Assembly: GCF_963676685.1 (NCBI RefSeq)
Contig: NC_092344.1
Coordinates: 66,464,001 to 66,528,000, forward strand
Direction: 5' to 3'
DNA from: Mytilus edulis
Taxonomy: Eukaryota
DNA length: 64,000 bases
Numbering within the stretch: position 1 is the stretch's first letter; the number at the start of each line of letters is the position of its first letter. The notes under the pieces were generated by a model, which ran no database searches, had not been told where the DNA came from, and worked only from the letters and a program-made list of their open reading frames with translations. Below, piece after piece: positions 53,001-62,000 of the stretch. Made by a program: the position numbers and the translations under genes.

Positions 53001-56000
53001 AAAAATTGTCTAATTCACTTATGGTCTTGTATTCCATCATGAGTTGGACAATGAAGTTTACCGTTTGGCTTTTTTACATAATTGATGAATTGATAATAGA
53101 TTGATTGTTAGCTAATAGTTGATCATACTAGTTTGGGATAGACTTGCATTTTTTTTAGTGACAGTTTCTTTAAGTCACATTTATCTTTACTCAACTAAAG
53201 TAAACGATAATATCATAACTATAAACCAGACATTGAATGACTCAGAGTCAATAACCAATAAATTCTGTTGTCATTCAGAAACCCCTTCTCAAAGTGTTAA
53301 GACATGCAAGGTAAGATTAGGTATTTCCTGAAGGAGTTAACCTAGAGTTCAAACTTACGCTGCAGTCGCCCAGAATGTCATTGATAATTTTCTGTGTTCA
53401 GGGTGTCTAGGTAAATATTTGTACACCTGTCTGTTACCTTTGGATTGTGATATAATACAATATGTTTTTATCGGTCTTTCGTTAATCTATGGAGGTTAAT
53501 TTTTTTATTTTTTTTTTATAAGGTTTTTGGTGCATAGCTACATGTTTTTATCAGTTTTCATTACTCTATGGAGGTTAATTTTTTATTTTATTTCTCATAA
53601 GGTTAAGTTTTTTGTGCATTGTGCTATTTGTCAAAAATGGAACCTTGACCTGGGTCATGTGATGGTTCCCACCCCCTTTATTAAGACACCTAGATTGTAA
53701 CAGGACAAATCAATCTCAAAGCTTAATTTTGTATTCAAACCGTTTGAAGAAAATGTGATTATTGTTAACATATTATATTTGGAAGTGATGGATCCATTTT
53801 GTTGTTTTACCAAGTTGCCAAAAGCCAGAGTCAAAGGTGATATTCGAGAAAAAAAATGATCTTTTCTTCAGGTTGCTATTTTATGACATAGTATCAATGT
53901 TATAACTGCATTTCTAGCACCTCATATAGCCAAATATTTTTGCCTTCCAATTTTTTTGCTCCGATCGTAATTTATTAATGTTAATCTCAAATAGTACTAT
54001 GGAATGCAATATATTCAGTATGTTTGATTTTGATAGTAGAACTCTTTTGTACACAACACCAATGTCATTGACAATGTAAATTATTTTACAACATTAAACT
54101 GTTTAGGACACTTTGATATTGTCAACTTAATAATGTTTTCTCCGTGATAACAGGAAATTGCTCCTGATTTAATATGATTGATTTTTTATTTACACAGATA
54201 TTATGTGTCCAAATTAGCCAATATTTGCTCCGTAAAAACTCTCCGCAAATATAATGATGCTTCTTTATAAGTTTTGACACTGATTAATAAGCCATGGAAA
54301 TAATTATAGCCTTTTCTGTATTAGATCTATTGTCCTTTTAATCTTGGGCAACTTTTTTAATATGATTAATTTGACGGAGATGATAATTGTATCGTAATCG
54401 CTATAAATTGTATTACTACAAGATAAGTAACTTGATCAACATTTCTCTTATTATATTGATTTGGTGTATTACATGTCTTACTAAGGTTTTATTTACAAGA
54501 ACTCTTTTGAAAGGGTATACACATTTATACTGACTGAGATATCATAAACTGTATACAGATTTATAAAAATTAATGTCTGAGTGCTTTGTTCATTAAGGTC
54601 CAGAATAATTGTGGTCTGTGTATGTTAAAGTGTCTTGGTATATCTTCAAGACATCAGCTGATCTAAACTAATAGCCAACAGTACAGAATAAACCTTTACC
54701 TGAAATAAATTGAAATAATTGTAGTTCTGTGAGCAGACATTATGGTATTTAAGGATGTATATGACCAAGTATTATCAGTATGAAAGTTGTATAATTTTGT
54801 ACATTACTTATATACATATAGGAAACAGAACTTTCATCAAATGTCTTGATTTTTTTGTTGGCAAAAGCAGGAAAAAAGATGATCAGACAAATTTACATGA
54901 AAAAAGCTATTTTCCAAGTAACTGCTGACAAAGCATGCATAGCAAAAATGACAACCACTTTTCTGACCTGATTTTTAAACATGAAATGTTAACACTTCTG
55001 ACAAGACATCAAGACATGAAATTCTTTTATGGACCAGACAGTCACATAATAAGTGTGATGCAATTTACAGATGTACACTTGTCATTTAATAAAGTTTAGA
55101 TTGAAATGCATTTTGTAAATTAACAGAAAGAATTGTCACAAGTATTTGACATTCTACACTTTACAGCTAGAATGACCAAAGATGTATCAAGTTTTCAGAC
55201 TTTCCCTGAAATTTTGTAGACTTACAGAAAGATTGTCACAAACAACTGAAGATACATCAAGTTTTGAGGCTTGCCTGAAAATTTGTAGACTTTAAGATAA
55301 ATTGTCACAAATATTTGACATTCTACACTTTACCACTAGAATGATGAAGATGCATCAAGTTTTAAGACGTTGCTTGATTTGATTTTGTCCTAATATGGTG
55401 GGACTGTTCGGAAATCTGTCATACAGATATGACAGTTCACACTTTAAAGCATTTGGGACAGACGCACATGACAATGATGAATTAGAATTTAAGCTGACAA
55501 TTGTTGCTTAGGGTTGATTAGAGAATTGAACTGGAATTGGCCATTGAAACAGGATGCCTCTGAAAATCTTTGCATAGGCCTTCGCTCTGATAGTATTGAT
55601 AGAAGACACAACGCCAACTGTTGCTCATGGTTGATTAGAAGATTTAACAATTCAATAAATGATTAGTGATTCACTCTTGTTCTGATGCAGAGTTTTTTTT
55701 CCTTGCAATTAATTTACTCCAATTTATAAAAGAATAAATCACAATTTGGCGGCAATCAATCAGCCATCTTTGTTTTATTTATATGAAGGAATGGTAATAA
55801 AAGTATTAGTATCTGGTGGTATTAAAGTGTTCTTGGTTGAAATCAAGCAATTTCAGTGACAGTTTGAAAAGATAAGGCAAGAAGAATCTGGAATTTATTC
55901 AAAAACTAGGACTCCATGTCTATAATACCAGGGTTTTTGCAATACTTTTATGTTTGTTCTCATTTGGATTGGCAGCTTAATGACATTAATGACTTACAAT

Positions 56001-59000
56001 AAAATGACTTTAGATGCAGGTTGCATTAATTTAGATAGGAATATTAAAATTTAATGGAAAAAAATATTAAAAATAGAAAATAGGTTTTTCTAGATAATTT
56101 TTTTCTTTTATTTAAGAAACATGATAATCTTTGACATTTTATGACATTAAATCTTTTGAAAAAACCTAGTCAAAAGATAAAAATTAATATTGAAATCAAA
56201 TATATTGTAGGATGATATAAAAAAAAATGTAAGACATGTATGAAGATATGTGGAAACCTGAGAAGCAGAACTAATCATGTTTTTGACATATATGCTAATT
56301 CTTAAGTGATTTATGAAATTTTAATAATCGAACAATCTGGTTAATCTGGATTCTGAATTCAACTTTCGAAACTGTCTTTACATGTATCGTAATTTCCAAA
56401 GCTTAATGAGAATAATCACTCAGACTGCTAAAAAAACAAAAAAATGAATCTTTCCCTAGATAGTTGGTCTAGACTTTGGTACATAAATGAATATATTCAT
56501 TATTAGGTGTTTTAAGCTATTAACAAGTAACTCTGTCCCACAGCAATGAGTTGTCACCTATTTATTGTTCTATTAGTGTAAGTGGTGGTTTGGGAATTAC
56601 TGTTTATAACACTTTTTTGCGGAAATTTGACTTTATTATTCTTTCCACTTTCCTTATGCCTTCCCTTGTCTGGCTTCCAATTTGCACTTCTGGATTCAAT
56701 TGCCGCAAATTTGGGAAATGTTATGTATAATAATGAATAAAGAATCTATTATATATTTGGTGAACTTGTTTGTCTGTCTGTTATAAAAGTGCTTCTCTTT
56801 GAATATAGACATTATTTCTAAAAAAACAGTTGTTGGCATGACACGGGTTATGTTCTTCTCATATATTTTATGATAGTATGATACTAAACCCCTAACGGGA
56901 GGGATTGTACCTGATATTCATATGATGAAGACATAATCTTTCAATCAGTTTAATTGAGATCTGGAGCTGGCATGTCAGTTAACTGCTAGTAGTCTTTTGT
57001 TATTTATGTATTATTGTCATTTTATTTATTTTCTTTTGTTACATCTTTTGACATCAGACTCGGACTTCTCTTGAACTGAATTTTAATGTGCGTATTGTTA
57101 TTGTTTTACTTTTCTACATTGGCTAGAGGTATAGGGGGAGGGTTGAGATCTCATAAACATGTTTAACCCCGCCGCAATTTTGCGCCTGTCCCAAGTCAGG
57201 AGCCTCTGGCCTTTGTTAGTCTTGTATGATTTTAAATTTTAGTTTCTTGTGTATAATTCGGAGTTTAGTATGACGTCCATTATCACTGTACTATTATGCA
57301 TATTTTAGGGGCCAGCTGAAGGACACCTACGGGTGCGGGAATTCTCGCTACATTGAAGACCCATTGGTTGCCTTCGGCTGTTGTTTGCTCTATGGTCGGG
57401 TGGTTGTCGCTTTGACATATTCACCATTTCCTTTCTCAATTTTATTTTAGCATGCTATGAAAGTACCTGCACATATGAAATTGCTCCTAACTTTCACAGA
57501 ACGAGAAACATTGATAAAGATCATCCCCTTAATCTCCATTTGGATTGTTTGATAGGGGAGAAGTAAAAGTGCAATCAAAGCCTCAATTTAAATGTACAGT
57601 TTATTGATAGGGACCTATTGCTATTATTTACTGTTATAGTAAATCACAAATAAGGGCTTCACTAAAATAGGCCCCTAAAATGCACAGTATATTGTTAAGG
57701 TGTATGGTAAACCACTTAGATTGTTGACTCTATGGAAAATGACAGTACAAGCCTCTAACTAAATGTACAATATAATGCTAGGGTGCTTTGTAAATTGCTT
57801 CTAGAGTTGGGCTAGAGTTTATCTAAGTTGGATTGCAATTGAGAGGAATATCTGACGTAACAGTTCTGATGTATGAGGATACACAAATTTAAAAAAGTAG
57901 TAAAAATTATGAATTTAAAAAAAACTCAAAACCTCTAAACATCTTAAGTGCAAAACAGATAGTAAAAATAGAGAATTATTACTGATACTTGTAATTTTAT
58001 ACTGATAAGAAAATAATGATAGGTCTGTGAAGCAGTTATATACATCTTCTCAAGAGCAATTTAAAGATTTTTACAGGCTGTCCATCAATCATACAGACTT
58101 TAAAATGATACTTTCATTATAATCAATAGGAACCATAGACAAAACATATCACTAATGTAGTTATCATAATAGACACAGGCTTTTTTTTTATTTTATAGAT
58201 AAACCCGGAAAACAGTAAAAATAATATTTTTCCAAATGATGTGGTAACGATTTAATCAAAAACAGACATTAGTTATTAGTGTATATGTTGAAATTTGTTA
58301 TTTAATCGAGCTGGGATACTAACCAGACTCTCTGTAAATGTTTCCACAGAAAATTGGTTTGTAAGGTGATGCCCATGATAATGTTTTTTACATATATCAA
58401 TGTTGGTATAATAGATCCAGCTCTGAGCATAGTGATTTAACACAAATCTATAGGAATTGACCTGGTTTTGTCCAGAATATGTGTGGTGATATATTTGCCA
58501 CTGTACATATAAATTACAATGTTTTAATCAGATCCTTAGAATCATGCAAAAGTTTATCTCATAGGGTGTATGCAAAGAGGCCCCTATGCATTAATTTAGG
58601 CCCCATCCTTTCAATTTATAATTTCCATTTAGCTGTGTATCAGTCCTCATCCTTCAATAGTTCATCTGAGACTCTGCATCAAAAATTTCTAGATAAAACA
58701 CAGTGTTGACAACAAGAAATTACAATGCAAACTTTTATTTTGGTCTTATTTGTTTGAAATAAAATTTAAAAGAATGGACAAAAATGTTTTCAACTTAAAT
58801 TTATCTGTTCATGCTTACATAACTAAAAAGGCTGCTAAAACAATTATGATACACCTACATAATGTTGAAACAGGTAACTCCAAATTTTGATTTAGGTGGA
58901 TATTGATCGATAATTACAGAGGGCGGACAAGATTCTAATTAAGTATGAGTGATTGGTGTTTGCTGAATGACAATTGTCCAAATTAGAAATTAAAGTAATA

Positions 59001-62000
59001 ACATGGTTTACAAAATAAATATACATCTTATATGTAAAATTTTCAAAAAATCATGTTTTTTCTCTCTTCAGATGTTACAAGTGTAGTCTGAGCAAGTTCA
59101 ACTGTACATGGTGTATCAAGAACCATATGTGTACATATTATCCACTTCAGGATTGCAGTGAGACAGATGAATTTGTAGCAGCTTCGAATGTAAGTTGACG
59201 TCTGCCACCTAAAAGAGTGGGAAATCTTTAAAATGTATATTCTAATTTTAAGTCAAATCTTAAGTAGATTGAATACAATTGAAGGATTTATCTTAAACAG
59301 GAAAGTTGCTAATAGATCTGCAAAGATCTCTCAATGATACTAGACAATGAATCAGTATTCAAAAACTTTGCATTAAAGATCAGTCTAAAGACCAAGAGGG
59401 ATTTCATTAAAGCAATGTCCTTGATTTTTTTCTTCTATAAAGAGCGTTAATTATTTTAACTATTTGAAATTATCAATTGTCTGTCAACCTACGACTTTCT
59501 GTGTAAAAAGTAAAATAACAAAAATATAGAACTCCAAGGGAGATTCTAATGGTGAAATCAAAAGCTCAAACACATCAAAGGAATGGAAAACAACCGTCAT
59601 ATTCCTGACTTAGTACAGACATTTTCTTATGTAGAAGATAGTGGATTAAACCTGTACTTGAATACCTGGTTTTATAGATAACTTAACCTCAAATTGTCTC
59701 TAATATACATATGCAAAATATTATCGCATATATGTGAAACTGTCTATTGAACAGAAATGCCTTGCATGAATTCTAGATTCTTATTTTCAACAAAGTATAT
59801 ATGTCAATAGTTATCGAAGGTACCAGACTTATAACTTAATATGCCAGATGAGCATTTCATCTACATAAGACTCATCAGTGAGGCTCAGATTAAAATGGTT
59901 AGAAAGCCAAACAAGTTCAAAGTTGAAGAGCATTAAGGATGTACTTAGGTGAGGTTAGGTGAAAATTAATTAAGAAGTTAAAATTGATACTACATTGTAT
60001 AAGCTGGTAGAGCATCAATTAAGGATAAAAATAAGCTAAAAATATTGATAGGTCATGGACCTCCTTTTCGAGATATTTGAGATTTAAAATATGGCAGGAA
60101 AAGGCTGACTCAGACTTTTACCTTATATTTGCATTGGTATTTTTAGGTCTCAAAACAAAAGAAAGAAAATTAAGAATCTTTTAAAATTTTGGTAAATGAC
60201 CTTTCATGAGCTATTAAGTCTTATATGAAAAAATAAATGGGTGTTATGGGGCAAAATATTTTACATTGTATTGTATGGAAAAACACCAAGGAGTCCAAAC
60301 ATTTCACATAAAATCCAAAAACTCACCTAAGTACATCCTTAAGGACCAAAAATTCCAAAAAGTTGTGCCAAATACGGTTATGGAATTCAATGACCGGAAT
60401 AAGTATTTCGATTTTTTGCATACTTTTGCAAACAGTAAATTAAAATAAAATGACCACATGATTCAAATAGACCCTCAAATTTAAGAAATAATAATACGAA
60501 AACATCTTTTAGACTGTTTAATGTCACTGTATATTGAAAATTTCACAAATTGATCAGTACATAACAAGAAGACTTTTATTTTTACAGAGTGGAGGATTTT
60601 TACACAAGCATACAGTAGGACCTGAAAAATGTCCCAGGATAAGTAAAGGACATCCAGAAATACTGGTACCCTCTGGAAATTACAAGAAAGTTGTCCTATT
60701 TGCGCATAACCTCAGGGTAGGTTATTTGATATCATTCATGGCAGATTTTTAACTTGATTGGTTGTTTTCCTTGTATATTTGTAATCAAAAAAAATGTGCA
60801 TGCTTCTGTTTGCGGCCAAACTTGGCACATTATATCAAAATTTGAAAGTTAAAATAGTTTAGTCATTAAAGTTGAAAATGACTAGGAAAACATCTTTTTT
60901 GTGCTATTTTTGAACATCAAATTTCCAGTTTTATATATAGAAAAAATTGTTTTACAAAAATCAGTTTTTCTTCCTATGAAAGTACAAAATGTTTTGCTAT
61001 TAATCTTTGAATATAAACCTTTCAATTATTTCTTTCGTAATAATATGTAGTTAACCTGAAAATTCTTTGATTGCAAATGGTTTAATTTTAGATGTTTCTG
61101 CTGAGATTATACAAGTTTTTGTTTTGATTGTTTTTCAGGCTTTTCAGTACCCTATCTACTGTTACTTCAGCATAGGATCTGGAAGAACTGTTACAGCTCG
61201 TCTAATATCCCACACAGAGTCAGAAAAGATCGTAGAATGTGAAAATACTGAGGTATGGCCCCAGGCTTTTACCATTCGTACAATTTAAATGTCAAACCAG
61301 AAGAAAAACATGTTATTTTACCAAAAACATTTAGCACAAGTTTTTTTAATGTATTATTTTGCACAAAATATTTGTATCATGTTCATATATCTGCATGTAT
61401 ACATCTTAATGAATTGTCATAGAAGTTTCAACATATGGTATCAATATTTACACAAATGTCAAAAAATATTTGGTGCCATACATGACCAAGACAAAATTAC
61501 ATATATAGTTTAAGATTAAAAGAAAATGTACCTTGTTTTGTTGTAGTTGAGTAATGAATTACAAAGATTTTTTTTATAAATTGTGTTTTGTTAATCTTGT
61601 ACTTATTTACTTTCAGTTTTCTTATATTGAGAATACACAAACTTGGAATGTGCCATTCAAAATAACATGGGGTTCCAAAGACTTGAACAAGCCATTTGAT
61701 AATCCTGCAGATGTTCAAGGTAAGTTTATACTAGTAGCGTCAATAGTCGACATGATGTGTACATATAAAGATAAGGAGATGTGGTACCATTGCCATTGTG
61801 ACAATTCTAAATACATAAATATGAATTACAGATCAACTTACACACTTAATCAGAAAAAATCATTGGATTATATAGCTTTTTTTGACGAACACTAATTTTG
61901 ATTGCCGAGAAGCTTAATATTTCATTAACAATAGAACTTGATTATAACGTTCAGCTGAGTTTTACAGAGTTATCTCCCTGTAGTGTTATATACCACCATA

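Larger units (their letters stand above)
59808..60376 (-). mobile_element. Repeat family C copy interrupted by a TTAA-flanked MITE
   Basis: 59808-59936 matches 368-507 reversed; the sequence resumes after the duplicated TTAA at 60339. Confidence 0.7.

Noticed and set aside
56922-57080. C/D-box snoRNA (AUGAUGA ... CUGA)
   Set aside because: No terminal stem brings the boxes together, and the C-like box is part of a hairpin in a repeat element.
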